Origin: a virus
Strand: one strand, 5' to 3'
Virus record (IMG/VR): IMGVR_UViG_3300036985_003683
Span: 1 to 64,000 of that record
DNA: 64,000 nt
This document shows positions 28,186 through 38,303 of the stretch, in pieces; positions within the stretch are counted from its first letter, which is position 1, and the number at the start of each line of letters is the position of its first letter. Under the pieces are notes generated by a model. The model ran no database searches and was not told where the DNA came from. It saw only the letters and a list, made by a program, of their open reading frames with translations. The position numbers were made by a program, and so were the translations under genes.

Positions 28186-30765
28186 TCAAGAACATCCCGT
28201 GGTAGTTCCACACTGACCACACTTGAAGCACGTACCACTACGTACCATCAGGGTTCCACAATCAGAACAAAATGGATTGTCTGAACTTGTAGATTCTACG
28301 GGAATCTTCAGATAAGTTACCTCGAGCCAGTGTGCGATGCAGTCAAGGATGCTTGAGTAAAAGTGAGTACGTTCCAAACCGGGCAGCTTGACTGGGCCAG
28401 CGGGTTCGAACTTCTGATGTCGGAGCAGCTCCACGTATGTGGATAGAGGCACTCCGTACTGTAGGCCCACCGAGATACCTATGGCGGTACTATTCAGTAG
28501 TCCCTGAAGTGTTGAACCCGACTTGGAAGCTGTGATGAACAGTTCTCCCAATGTACCATCTTCGAAACACCCCGTGTGGATGTACACCTCGATGCCCGCC
28601 AGTGCGAACTTCACCCTGTCGCCCTTGCATACTTGTGGAAGCTTCTTGCGCAGTGGTGTGCTGGTAGATGTAGTCGCCGTGGCCGTCTTGTCGGAAGTAT
28701 TTACGGGCTGACTGCCCTTGGAACCATCTCTGTAGATAGCCATCGACTTCAGTCCCAGAGAGTGAGCTAGTTCGTAAGCTCCCTGGACGTCGTCCACTGT
28801 GGAAGAATTTGGCATGTTGATAGTCTTACTGATAGCGCCAGAGAGGAAGGGCTGCACTGCTGCCATCATCAGTACGTGACCCTTCCAGCTGATTGTCCTC
28901 TCAGCACCTAAGGCAGTATCGAATACTGCTTTGTGACTCTCAGCGACAGCTTCGCACTTGGCAATGTTACCGTGCTGCAAGATGTACTCTTGGATCTCGT
29001 CAATCTCTCTCAGGGAGTAACCCAAGTGTATCAACGCAGGCTCCACGGACTGATTGACGATCTTCTCCACCGATCCCTTCGTACCGTGTATCTGTTTGTA
29101 CTTGACCAAAGCCAGATCGGGTTCGACCCCGGTAGTATCACATCCCATAAAGAGACCAATGGTCCCAGTTGGTGCCAACACAGTCACCTGTGCATTTCTC
29201 ACTGGTTTGTCGTATGTGGCGTTGAACAGTCGCTCAGCTTCCAACAGCATGAGTCCATATTCACCCGTGCGATTACCCACTTTGTCCAAAGCACTACAGT
29301 GCATGGCTATGACCTTACGCACATGTTGAGCATTGGCAGCGTAGCGATCGAATGCTCCCATAGCAGCTGCCACCTCCGATGACTGATGGTAGGCAACAGC
29401 CTGCATGTACGCTGTGATAGCAGCGGCTGTGTCACGTCCACTGTCGGAATCGTACGCTATTCCAGAACGCATCAACAGCGCTCCCAAATTAGCATATCCC
29501 AATCCCAGAGTTCTGAACTTTCGAGTTTGAATCGTCAGACGCTCGTTAGGATAGTGAGCTTCATCGATTACGATGTCCATGGCAGTGATCATAATGCGGA
29601 TCACGCGTTCGAACATCTTGTAGTCGAATACAAGCTTCTCCCCCTGCCTATGAAGCAGCGTTACGAGATTGATGCTGGACAGGTTGCAACTCGTATCGTC
29701 CAAAAACATGTATTCAGAGCACGGATTGGATCCACGAATTTCACCATCCTCTGGACACGTATGCCACTCGTTGATGATGTCATGGAACTGCACTCCCGGA
29801 CAGCCGTTAGTCCAAGCACTACCAGCCAAGCGTTTCATAAGTTCGCGTGCGTCCAGACGCATCACCTCCTGACCAGACTTACGTCCAATCAGTGCCCAAT
29901 CCTCCCCATCAGCGACTGCGTCCATGAAGGCATCTGGGATGCGTACTGAGTTATTGGCGTTCTGCCATGGAACATCTTTGTAGATGCCTGTGTCCCAATC
30001 AGAACTGAAGCCTGCCTCGATGAGCGTGTGGGCAACCTTTTCAGCATGCTCCTTCAGCCCTATGAAGTCGATGATGTCTGGATGGTCGATATCCAGAATA
30101 CGCATCAGTGCACCTCGACGTGCCCTCCCGCCTGACTTCATAGCTCCACAGGCAAAGTCCAGAGCCTTCATGAATGGGATGGGTCCGGAAGCTTGTCCAC
30201 CCTTTCCCAATTGCTCTGCTGAACCTCGTATGTGTGACATGTTCACACCATTACCAGATCCTCGACGGAACACTTCCATCTCGGTGGTGAAGAGACCCTC
30301 GATTGACTCCAGAGTATCTTCCACTGACGAAATGAAGCACGCTGAACACTGCTGTTCTGGGTCAGGCGTTCCCACATTGAACCATACTGGTGAGTTGAAC
30401 GCTGCCTTCTGCGTGATCAGGATGTACGAGAGGTCGGAGTAGAAGTTCTCGCGCTCATCCACAGTGATGAAGTATCCCTGATGGAATCCCCAATCGGAGA
30501 TACGTCGGGCGACACGTTCGATCAACTGACGGATGGACGTTTCACGTTCGGGTGTACCCAGATTCCCATAGAAGTACTTGTGTACTGCCACACGAACTGA
30601 CAACTCATCCCAAAACTCAGGAACTTCCACTCCCAGCTGTTCAAACACCACCTGACCAGATGGATCGATGATACGTACATCGCGTCTGACCCATTTCACA
30701 CTGTCTAGGGGATTCAGACTGGGGGACACTGTTAGGCCACTGAATAACGACATTCCAAACTCCAT
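28186..30765 (-). CDS. nrdJ: Class II (B12-dependent) ribonucleotide reductase
   Basis: FNSPVWFN, SACF, NPCSE, APTGTI, SKTINMP, YRDGS, C-terminal CxxC ribbon and TTGCS. Confidence 0.93.
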   Translation of the reverse strand: MEFGMSLFSGLTVSPSLNPLDSVKWVRRDVRIIDPSGQVVFEQLGVEVPEFWDELSVRVAVHKYFYGNLGTPERETSIRQLIERVARRISDWGFHQGYFITVDERENFYSDLSYILITQKAAFNSPVWFNVGTPDPEQQCSACFISSVEDTLESIEGLFTTEMEVFRRGSGNGVNMSHIRGSAEQLGKGGQASGPIPFMKALDFACGAMKSGGRARRGALMRILDIDHPDIIDFIGLKEHAEKVAHTLIEAGFSSDWDTGIYKDVPWQNANNSVRIPDAFMDAVADGEDWALIGRKSGQEVMRLDARELMKRLAGSAWTNGCPGVQFHDIINEWHTCPEDGEIRGSNPCSEYMFLDDTSCNLSSINLVTLLHRQGEKLVFDYKMFERVIRIMITAMDIVIDEAHYPNERLTIQTRKFRTLGLGYANLGALLMRSGIAYDSDSGRDTAAAITAYMQAVAYHQSSEVAAAMGAFDRYAANAQHVRKVIAMHCSALDKVGNRTGEYGLMLLEAERLFNATYDKPVRNAQVTVLAPTGTIGLFMGCDTTGVEPDLALVKYKQIHGTKGSVEKIVNQSVEPALIHLGYSLREIDEIQEYILQHGNIAKCEAVAESHKAVFDTALGAERTISWKGHVLMMAAVQPFLSGAISKTINMPNSSTVDDVQGAYELAHSLGLKSMAIYRDGSKGSQPVNTSDKTATATTSTSTPLRKKLPQVCKGDRVKFALAGIEVYIHTGCFEDGTLGELFITASKSGSTLQGLLNSTAIGISVGLQYGVPLSTYVELLRHQKFEPAGPVKLPGLERTHFYSSILDCIAHWLEVTYLKIPVESTSSDNPFCSDCGTLMVRSGTCFKCGQCGTTTGCS

Positions 30766-30783
30766 ATCAGATGTGAAAAGGTG

Positions 30784-31509
30784 CTACTTCTTACGTGCTG
30801 CGGGTTCCCAAATGATCTTGTGCAACTGGAGGGATAACTGTAGAGGGGCCAGTGAGGGGTCACTACTGAGTATCGCGCCCGCGAGTCCCTTAACTCCCAA
30901 CTGACCTTCCCACACGGGACTGAAGAGTGCAGTTGCTTCACAAGATATCAGACGCTGGGATGCCAAGTGTTCTACGGCTTGTTCCCAGTCTTCCATGTCT
31001 GACACTACATACTTGATAGTGTCACGTTTGCGCAAGAAGGTGAAAGCAGCTTGCTTCATCTTCTTGGTCATACCACTCTTGGTCAACTTGTAGTCCACAC
31101 AAATGCTCACGCGCTCTCCAACCCCGTTGGCTCCGAGCTCATCAATGAGAGTGTACGTAGGCATGTGTCCGCCGGTCTCGATCACTATGTAGTAACTGGC
31201 TTCTACCAGCTTCAGAATGAGGGCCAACATGTGTTCTGGATTCTGTTGGAGGGGATCTCCACCAGTGATGCACACGTCGTTATAGGTAGCCCCGAACCCC
31301 TTTACAGTGCTCACGACGTCGTCCACAGAGACGTATTCGCCCTCTTGGACTTCAGACGCAGCCTTGCCAAAGGGCAAACCGTAGGGGGTGTCGCACCAAA
31401 CACATCTCAAGGAACATCCCTGAGTGCGAACAAAGATGGTGGGATATCCTGCACGGATACCCTCCCCTTGTAAAGATGGGTAAACCTCATTGATGTGTAA
31501 CTCGTTCAT
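30784..31509 (-). CDS. queE: 7-carboxy-7-deazaguanine synthase (radical SAM)
   Basis: SLQGEG, CSLRCVWCDT, ITGG, IETGG, LQLHK. Confidence 0.93.
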   Translation of the reverse strand: MNELHINEVYPSLQGEGIRAGYPTIFVRTQGCSLRCVWCDTPYGLPFGKAASEVQEGEYVSVDDVVSTVKGFGATYNDVCITGGDPLQQNPEHMLALILKLVEASYYIVIETGGHMPTYTLIDELGANGVGERVSICVDYKLTKSGMTKKMKQAAFTFLRKRDTIKYVVSDMEDWEQAVEHLASQRLISCEATALFSPVWEGQLGVKGLAGAILSSDPSLAPLQLSLQLHKIIWEPAARKK

Positions 31510-32042
31510 GGTACCTCCTTATGAATGGGACGTTGGTGGGAAGCCTTGATAATATCGGTAGTGGACCATGTCCCCAGAAGATTCAGACGCACTATCTGAA
31601 CTCCGTGTATCTGGTCTTCCTTGGAACACTTAAACGCTGGACGTTCTTCGCTATGTCCGTGTACCACTACCTGGGGCTGCAGTAGGTGTACCAGATGCTC
31701 GGGATGAGGCTCGTCAAACTGTAGAATGTAGTCCACTTCAGAAACGTTAGCCACCATCAACTTACGTGCGTAGGTGTCCCAAATTGGTTCACGCTTCTTG
31801 TATGAGCGGATGGATACGTCTGAATTCACAGCCACGACGAGGAGGGCTCCCTCTGTATGAGCTGCCCTTCCTGCACGTGTTAGAAAGGACAGATGGCCTG
31901 GATGAAAGAGGTCAAAGCACCCAGAAGTGAACCAGATGCTACCACCAGTACCCCTGTGTGGATTATCTCGACGCAATTTCAAAATGCGCGAGAACTCTTC
32001 CACTCCGATGAATTTGGTCTCCTGGGACACAAACTCCATCAT
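31506..32042 (-). CDS. Cytidylyltransferase-family nucleotidyltransferase (HldE domain II/TagD-like)
   Basis: GCFDLFHPGH, VAVNSD, STTDII. Confidence 0.85.
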   Translation of the reverse strand: MMEFVSQETKFIGVEEFSRILKLRRDNPHRGTGGSIWFTSGCFDLFHPGHLSFLTRAGRAAHTEGALLVVAVNSDVSIRSYKKREPIWDTYARKLMVANVSEVDYILQFDEPHPEHLVHLLQPQVVVHGHSEERPAFKCSKEDQIHGVQIVRLNLLGTWSTTDIIKASHQRPIHKEVP

Positions 32043-32383
32043 AGCTGATCTCCCACTTCCACTCGAATAGAGTCTGCCTCGAAGTGTTGAGTGCTCACTT
32101 CGAGAATGACATTGACTTCCTCAACTCCCGTAAACCTGTGCTTCTGGTATGGGAAAATATCCACGGTCATACCAGGGGTCATGAACCGTACCTCTCCCTC
32201 GAGCTCCATCTTGATCTGCCCCTTTAGGACGTGAAAGGTCTCGGTCTTCTGTTCATGGTAGTGGAGACTACACCTCTTGCTAGGAAGCACTGTGAGTAGT
32301 TTACCACAATACAGAGCGGAATTGGAGACCCACTCTTCGCGTCCCCATCCCTTAGGCACTACCTTTATGAATGAGCGAATCAT
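32039..32383 (-). CDS. Cupin (sugar isomerase-like)
   Basis: KGWGRE, SLHYH..KTETF, HRF, EVST. Confidence 0.8.
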   Translation of the reverse strand: MIRSFIKVVPKGWGREEWVSNSALYCGKLLTVLPSKRCSLHYHEQKTETFHVLKGQIKMELEGEVRFMTPGMTVDIFPYQKHRFTGVEEVNVILEVSTQHFEADSIRVEVGDQL

Positions 32384-35019
32384 CTCTCAGCTTTCTTCTT
32401 GGCGATATACTCGTACACTGTGGCAGTCATAGTCTTGTCGACTTCTTCCCAACGCTTCCCGACTTTCAGATCTACTGGGAAGGAGACGTTACCCAATTGT
32501 GGATAAGCACGTTCCATACAGCTATGCATGATCCACGCGGCTTCGAGAACTTCAGTCGCGGGAGTCTCAACGTACAGGGCGTCATGGTGTGTAATGACTA
32601 GTCCAGAGAGCATCTTCTGAGACTTGTACCGCTGGTGCACCTCTGCAGTGGCAGCGGATAGAAGGTCAGAACCGGAACTCTGAACGCCAAAGTTCACAGC
32701 CTGTCTCTCCATTTCTTCGCGTTGGAACTTACACTGCCATACGAAGCTATCATTCCCACCCGAGTAGCGCTTCATGCGTGAAGGGTCGAAGAACTGGTAT
32801 CCGTACAAGCGTCTCTTCCGTCCGAAGTTGTTGCTGACTTCACCCTTCTCGCGTAAGTCTCCATGTTTAGCATCGAAGTAGCGCTTCAGTCCCTTAAAGC
32901 GTGCGAAGTACTTGTTGATGAACTCCTGTGCCTGAGCCTGGGAGACCTGAATTTCTTCAGCGAGACCGTATGCACTGATACCGTACACGATACCGAAGTT
33001 GATCGCCTTAGCTGCCCTTCTCTGTTGATCCGAAACCTCGTCGTATCCCACTCCGAAGGCTTCACCAGCTACCAGCCTGTGAATGTCACGTCCCGTTCTG
33101 AACGCTTCAAGCATGACCTCTTCTTGACAGACTGAGGCCACCACGCGAAGTTCCAACTGGCTATAGTCCGCTTGAAGTAGCCACCAACCCTCTGGTACTG
33201 TGAAGAGGAGTCGCAGCTGTGCGTACTCGGGGTCCTTGTCAGGATCGGGAATGTTGTGAATCGCAGGTTCTGATGTGGACAACCTACCCGTAACAACAGT
33301 ATGCTGCTTGTAGGATGGATACACTCTCCCAGTACGTTCTACCCAGAACTTGATCATGCCACCCTCGCCATCTTTTCCAGCGAGGTACGTACTGATCTTC
33401 TTCTGGCTCTTTCGTATCTCCATCATAGCCCCCACCACTGGATGTGAGGTAGCTTTCCACAGAGCAGCGAGGACCTCCACGTCGGTCGAAGGTGCTCCAG
33501 ATGCTGTACGCTTGTTCACAGGTAGGCCCAAACCTGGGACGTAAGCCTTTCCATCGATCCCCTTGCCGTCCCATCCTGGAGTGGAAGGTGGCGTAGGCGG
33601 ATTGAAGAACGCTTGAACGAGTTGTGCTGGAGACTGTAGGTTGATCTCCCGTCCGACTAACCTCCATACCTCCTGAGTGTGGGTAGCCTCTCGAACGCGT
33701 TCAGTGGCTTGCAACTCCTCCAAGAGGGTAGCGTCCAACACTATACCCCGGTACTCCATATCCACCAGCGCCCTATTCAAGGGCATAACGATCTGTTCGA
33801 AGAACTGTCGTAGTGGGATAGGTTCCCAGACTCCCTCGTGGAAGTGATCAGTATACTCGTAATCGAGCTGTGCTGATAGCGCGTCCCCTACGCGAATCAG
33901 TGCGTCGGCATCGGCTCCAGAATACGTCCACAACATCTCCTCTGGAAAGTCAGCGTACGTGGTGAGTTTGTTGTTTGCCTTCCACTCTTTCAGTGCGTGA
34001 GAGTAGAGAGGCATATTCGTGTACACGCCCAGTAGGAAGTCCAACCCATGGGGAGTATTTTCCTGGAGGGTGTGATGGCAGAGCATCGTGTCGAAGGTGA
34101 ACGAGTCCAGATTGAACTCCCAACCGTTGGACCTGATGAAGTTGATGTCGAAGATGCCGTTCTGTGCCCACTTGGGTGTAACACTGTTCCAGAACTCTTG
34201 CAGGATGGCCTTGACCTGAACGAACTCTTCCTCGGTCCAAATTCTACGCGCTTTATGTCCCAAGAAGGGAACAACAAAGCCCGTACCTGGATACGCACTG
34301 AACGAAGCGCACAAGATGTTCCAATCTGGAACCAAATTGAAGTCCCAGAAGTTGTACGAGGTAGTTTCCAAGTCGAAACCCACTCGAGGTTGAGTGAGTA
34401 GGTAATCTACCATGGACCTCAGATCTGCCAGGTTAGTTATCACCCGGTAGTCGCCCAACTTCTCTTCTGACCAACCCTCGCGAATCATCCTTCCCAACTT
34501 GCGGAAGTCCTCTAGGATGATGGGATAGTCCTCCCAACGTCGGAACACTGTAGAGGGAGAACTCATACAGTAGACTGTGACTGGTTGGGGAAGAACGTGA
34601 CCGTCAATTTCAGTGATGGGGAAGAATCTTCCCCGCATGTCTGTGATGCCAGTGGTACTCATGACCCCCTGAAGAGCGTCAGCACCCATAACAACTATGA
34701 TCTTGGGTCGGACCAGAACGACTTCGTCAATCAGATGAGGCCTACACGCCTTGTGGTGTTTTACTCCGATCGTCTTATTGGGTAATGGTCGACATCGAAT
34801 GGAGCTGGTAACACGAACCTGAGCACGTGTCAACCCAGCTTCGGCCAATAGGTCATTGAAGAGAAAACCAGCTTCACCCGCTAAGGGGAATCCATGATTC
34901 TCCTCGGCAGCTCCAGGTGGTGGACCCACAAAGAGAATATCACATGGAGCAGGTCCAACGCCCTCCATGCAATTCAACAACATAGACGAAGTGTGAAATT
35001 CACACGCGGTACACGTCAT
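32380..35019 (-). CDS. Family A DNA polymerase with N-terminal family-4 UDG-like domain and 3'-5' exonuclease
   Basis: Exo FDLET/NGIFD/YSGAD; motif A ADYSQLELR, B RRAAKAINFGIVYG, C HDAL; N-terminal CxxC...C...C UDG-like domain. Confidence 0.95.
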   Translation of the reverse strand: MTCTACEFHTSSMLLNCMEGVGPAPCDILFVGPPPGAAEENHGFPLAGEAGFLFNDLLAEAGLTRAQVRVTSSIRCRPLPNKTIGVKHHKACRPHLIDEVVLVRPKIIVVMGADALQGVMSTTGITDMRGRFFPITEIDGHVLPQPVTVYCMSSPSTVFRRWEDYPIILEDFRKLGRMIREGWSEEKLGDYRVITNLADLRSMVDYLLTQPRVGFDLETTSYNFWDFNLVPDWNILCASFSAYPGTGFVVPFLGHKARRIWTEEEFVQVKAILQEFWNSVTPKWAQNGIFDINFIRSNGWEFNLDSFTFDTMLCHHTLQENTPHGLDFLLGVYTNMPLYSHALKEWKANNKLTTYADFPEEMLWTYSGADADALIRVGDALSAQLDYEYTDHFHEGVWEPIPLRQFFEQIVMPLNRALVDMEYRGIVLDATLLEELQATERVREATHTQEVWRLVGREINLQSPAQLVQAFFNPPTPPSTPGWDGKGIDGKAYVPGLGLPVNKRTASGAPSTDVEVLAALWKATSHPVVGAMMEIRKSQKKISTYLAGKDGEGGMIKFWVERTGRVYPSYKQHTVVTGRLSTSEPAIHNIPDPDKDPEYAQLRLLFTVPEGWWLLQADYSQLELRVVASVCQEEVMLEAFRTGRDIHRLVAGEAFGVGYDEVSDQQRRAAKAINFGIVYGISAYGLAEEIQVSQAQAQEFINKYFARFKGLKRYFDAKHGDLREKGEVSNNFGRKRRLYGYQFFDPSRMKRYSGGNDSFVWQCKFQREEMERQAVNFGVQSSGSDLLSAATAEVHQRYKSQKMLSGLVITHHDALYVETPATEVLEAAWIMHSCMERAYPQLGNVSFPVDLKVGKRWEEVDKTMTATVYEYIAKKKAER

Positions 35020-35021
35020 AC

Positions 35022-35345
35022 CTAGACTCCCAAAATGACCTTCATTACACGTTGCAAGTCAGTGGACAACTCTACGTTAACGTTGTCATCACTAAACTTC
35101 TTGCCCGTGTATATTGTACCGATTACAGCACCGCGATCTTTTGAGTACTTGACGTCACGAACGCTCCCACAACTCACACCGTACATGTCGAGTAGGGGAA
35201 TTGATGATGGTGTACGTAATGCCACCATGCCTAGTGCATCTTCCCCTAGGCCGTGTGTATTGAGTGGGATCAACACAGTAAGTGTAGCCACTTCTGCATC
35301 TTCTCCTGTATGCCAAACTGTCACCGGATCCCATTCACTAGCCAT
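35022..35345 (-). CDS. Hypothetical protein
   Basis: GGAGG RBS, operon packing. Confidence 0.6.
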   Translation of the reverse strand: MASEWDPVTVWHTGEDAEVATLTVLIPLNTHGLGEDALGMVALRTPSSIPLLDMYGVSCGSVRDVKYSKDRGAVIGTIYTGKKFSDDNVNVELSTDLQRVMKVILGV

Positions 35346-36426
35346 CTAGTACCTCCAACATCTTAGTAAGGGTGTGCCCAAAGTCTACAAGGGACATGAT
35401 CAAGTGTGGAGTGAGTATGATCCAAGGACCAAAGTGATTCACAAGGATGCCCGCCTTGCGCAACTCCAGAGCTGCCCTGGTGGCATCTCCTACGTGGATG
35501 TGTATCATACTTCCAGTGACGCGTACATTCCAATCCTTGAATGTCTCAATGACCAACATTCCCATATTGTAGGAGCGTTGAGCTAGGCACAACTCACTAC
35601 CGTGCCCCTGCTTGATGGTTTCAATCACATTGAGACCTACCTGAGCTGCCCTTGGACTGATCGAAGGCCACCCGCGCGGTGGTTTGTAGCAGTCTTCATA
35701 CCCTGACGCATGGCCTAGGGCACATAGTGGGAGGCCCTGGCCTAGTGACTCTGACGCTATCACGATATCCGCGTGGTGGTGGGCCCCTGAAATGAAGCCT
35801 GTGATCCCGCATCGTGCAAATGACGTGGCACTCTCATCTACGATGACAAATGCCCCGATCTGTTCCGACAGGGACTTGATACGTTCCATCACTTCGTAAC
35901 CAAGGGCAAGTCCCGTGCGTCTCTGCACCGGCTCATAGATGATCGCATCGTACTCTCTGAGTAAGATGTCGGGTACTATATCCCCAGTTAATATATCCGG
36001 AGATAGGGGGCAGGTTTGGAATGGTGCTCTGAAATGGGCGTTTGGTTCTGAGAACTGCTCAGTAGTAATACTCCCCCCATGCTCCCCATCGTCCACATAG
36101 ATCACGCGACGCGCTAGTGCTCCCACAAGTTGTTCGCGGAAAGCAAAAACGCACCGAAGAGCCATTTCGACTGCTTCGGTGCGTGAATGTGTGAAACGCC
36201 AAGTGTTCATCTGTGGATACAGATCACACATGGCTCCTTGTAAACGTTCGACATGCCTGTGTCCAAGTGGACCACAGTGAATGGGAGCTTCAGATACGAG
36301 AGCTCCAGGCCAGTTATGACCTAGAGAAATCTCACCAGCGTTACCACCAGCCAGGTCGATGATAACAGTACCATCTTCCAGTCTATAACTCCAACCCCGG
36401 GCGGAGAAGGTATTTTGAGTAAGCAC
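35338..36426 (-). CDS. Class III aminotransferase homolog lacking the PLP lysine
   Basis: IDL..G...LGHN, TEAVEMAL, EPVQ, VDESATSFARCG, DIVIASESLGQGLP. Confidence 0.8.
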   Translation of the reverse strand: MLTQNTFSARGWSYRLEDGTVIIDLAGGNAGEISLGHNWPGALVSEAPIHCGPLGHRHVERLQGAMCDLYPQMNTWRFTHSRTEAVEMALRCVFAFREQLVGALARRVIYVDDGEHGGSITTEQFSEPNAHFRAPFQTCPLSPDILTGDIVPDILLREYDAIIYEPVQRRTGLALGYEVMERIKSLSEQIGAFVIVDESATSFARCGITGFISGAHHHADIVIASESLGQGLPLCALGHASGYEDCYKPPRGWPSISPRAAQVGLNVIETIKQGHGSELCLAQRSYNMGMLVIETFKDWNVRVTGSMIHIHVGDATRAALELRKAGILVNHFGPWIILTPHLIMSLVDFGHTLTKMLEVLDG

Positions 36427-36429
36427 AGA

Positions 36430-37368
36430 TTACGCTTCCTTGAGAGATGACAGTCTGTCCAATGACTCCCATGACATGGAGTTCTCAACACCTCTGCACA
36501 GTTCCAAGAACCTACATACGTTGTTAGCGATCAGGGCGCGTTCTGCCCTCACCAGTTCGCCTCCAAAGTTCATCTTGAAGTGAGGCTTGACAGAGCCCAT
36601 ATGCAGAGGCCTTCCCTCGACTCCCAATTGCACTGCGAAGGAGGTGTCGATGCTTCTGATCAGGGGATGGATTCTGTAGTGAGGGATGGCCTTGGGCGAT
36701 CGCAGTCCCAGCAGGTGGATAGGCTTCTTCAATGGCCCGCGGTGTATGAACTCGAAACGTGCGTCCCCTGTCAGACTGAGATCTGCTGAAACTCCCAATC
36801 CACCCGAGAGTAGATTGATCAGAGCCAAACGGGCTGTCTCGGATTCATCACCAATTCCAAAGTCGGTCAACACGCCGCGCATGTCGTGTGGAATCTCACA
36901 ATAGGAGACTCCGATGACATCCACTCGTGGATTCTCTTCCATCCACTGAAAGCAGTACAACCATTCGCGAAGGGACTTGCCCTGCACCACTCCTTGTATC
37001 GCAAATGGAAAGTCGTCAGACATTTCCAAGAAGGTTTCCATCCCGTGAATGGTGCGTTCCATGTCGTTCAGAAAGTCTGTTGGAATGACTTCGTCGGCGT
37101 CCAACGTGGTAGCGATGTCGAGCAACTTACGATTGGTAGGCGGATTCTGTGGGTCCTCGAAAATGCCCGAGTCCACTACGCGGTACCGGTGAGGAGGTCG
37201 CTCAGCTACGAACATTTCGCGATACTTAACATCGCGAATGGCAGTGAGTCCAATGAGGAAATCGAAATCAGTGAACTCGTTCACTACGCTGTGTACACAC
37301 AGTGGGTACTCAGCAGCTACCTTGAGTGTGCGCGAATCGCAAGGCATCACTCGGACTTTAGACGTCAT
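36430..37368 (-). CDS. tRNA-guanine transglycosylase-like (DpdA-like) protein
   Basis: VVDSGIFE, PTD, GVVQG, IHLLG, RSIDTS; inside a folE/queD/queE cluster. Confidence 0.75.
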   Translation of the reverse strand: MTSKVRVMPCDSRTLKVAAEYPLCVHSVVNEFTDFDFLIGLTAIRDVKYREMFVAERPPHRYRVVDSGIFEDPQNPPTNRKLLDIATTLDADEVIPTDFLNDMERTIHGMETFLEMSDDFPFAIQGVVQGKSLREWLYCFQWMEENPRVDVIGVSYCEIPHDMRGVLTDFGIGDESETARLALINLLSGGLGVSADLSLTGDARFEFIHRGPLKKPIHLLGLRSPKAIPHYRIHPLIRSIDTSFAVQLGVEGRPLHMGSVKPHFKMNFGGELVRAERALIANNVCRFLELCRGVENSMSWESLDRLSSLKEA

Positions 37369-37672
37369 TATCAGTTCTCTCCCTGTTCCAAATTTCTTGA
37401 CCCAATAGGCCATACCCAGCCAAATCTGAATACGGATTCTCTTCGTCCACTCTACGGTTGGGGCTAGCGATCCTCACCATCTTGTCAAACATGCGAGCCA
37501 AGAGTAACGCGTGATTGTAATCGGCACCTGACATACCCTGGGGGTACAGCAAGCGTAGGAACTCCCCAGTAAGAGCAAAGGCTTCTCCATACTGGACGTT
37601 CTTGACATCTACCAATTGGCCAATTTCAACTGCAAGCTTTTCGAATGGACCTGGATCGCGCTCGTTGGTCAT
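37358..37672 (-). CDS. Nucleotide-modification-associated domain protein (DUF1599/NMAD1-like)
   Basis: KNVQYG, RMFDKMVRI, DLAGY pattern. Confidence 0.7.
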   Translation of the reverse strand: MTNERDPGPFEKLAVEIGQLVDVKNVQYGEAFALTGEFLRLLYPQGMSGADYNHALLLARMFDKMVRIASPNRRVDEENPYSDLAGYGLLGQEIWNRERTDNDV

Positions 37673-37706
37673 ACCACACCCCAATAAGTTGGACGCTACC
37701 TAAATT

Positions 37707-38303
37707 CTACCGTGAAGTCAACTCAACAATCTTGAAGAATTCATCCTTCAAGGTGGTCTCAGACAGCATCTTACCCCGCATAGCGGACGTGGTGGTGTTG
37801 TGCCCTGGAGACTTAACTCCCCGCATAGACATACAGAGATGTTCACCACTCATCACAACGGCGACCGCTGCTGGGTTCAGCTTCTCCACAAGCAAGTCTG
37901 CGATCTCCTCAGTGAGGCGCTCTTGAACTTGCAATTTGGCAGAGAGGTGTTGCACTGTTCGAGCTAACTTGGACAGTCCACACAACTTATCACTGGGCAG
38001 GTATCCAATGTGACACTTCCCGAAGAAGGGCACCATGTGATGGGAACACAGCGAGTAGTATGTGATCCCCGTGGTCACAACAAGTGAAGGTTCTGCCCCC
38101 TCATCAAGTGGAAATGTGGTGAAGTTGAAATCGGGCTCCTTGTACCCCCGAAGCAGTTCGTGATACATCTTGGCGACACGTTTAGGCGTATCCACAAAAT
38201 GTGAATCCTCTACGGGAGCTCCGCACCTCTGCATGAACTCTCGGAACAGAGCCTCGGTATCAACGTGTGCGAGTTCAGGATTCGAGCGGGATATGGCTGG
38301 CAT
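37707..38303 (-). CDS. folE: GTP cyclohydrolase I
   Basis: TPKRVA, SLCSHHMVPFFG, GLSKLAR, QERLT, HLCMSMRGV. Confidence 0.96.
   Translation of the reverse strand: MPAISRSNPELAHVDTEALFREFMQRCGAPVEDSHFVDTPKRVAKMYHELLRGYKEPDFNFTTFPLDEGAEPSLVVTTGITYYSLCSHHMVPFFGKCHIGYLPSDKLCGLSKLARTVQHLSAKLQVQERLTEEIADLLVEKLNPAAVAVVMSGEHLCMSMRGVKSPGHNTTTSAMRGKMLSETTLKDEFFKIVELTSR

Noticed and set aside
28186-35019. Inteins or introns in RNR and DNA polymerase
   Set aside because: Normal lengths, continuous motifs, no splice-junction signatures; only a short Pro-rich insert in the polymerase
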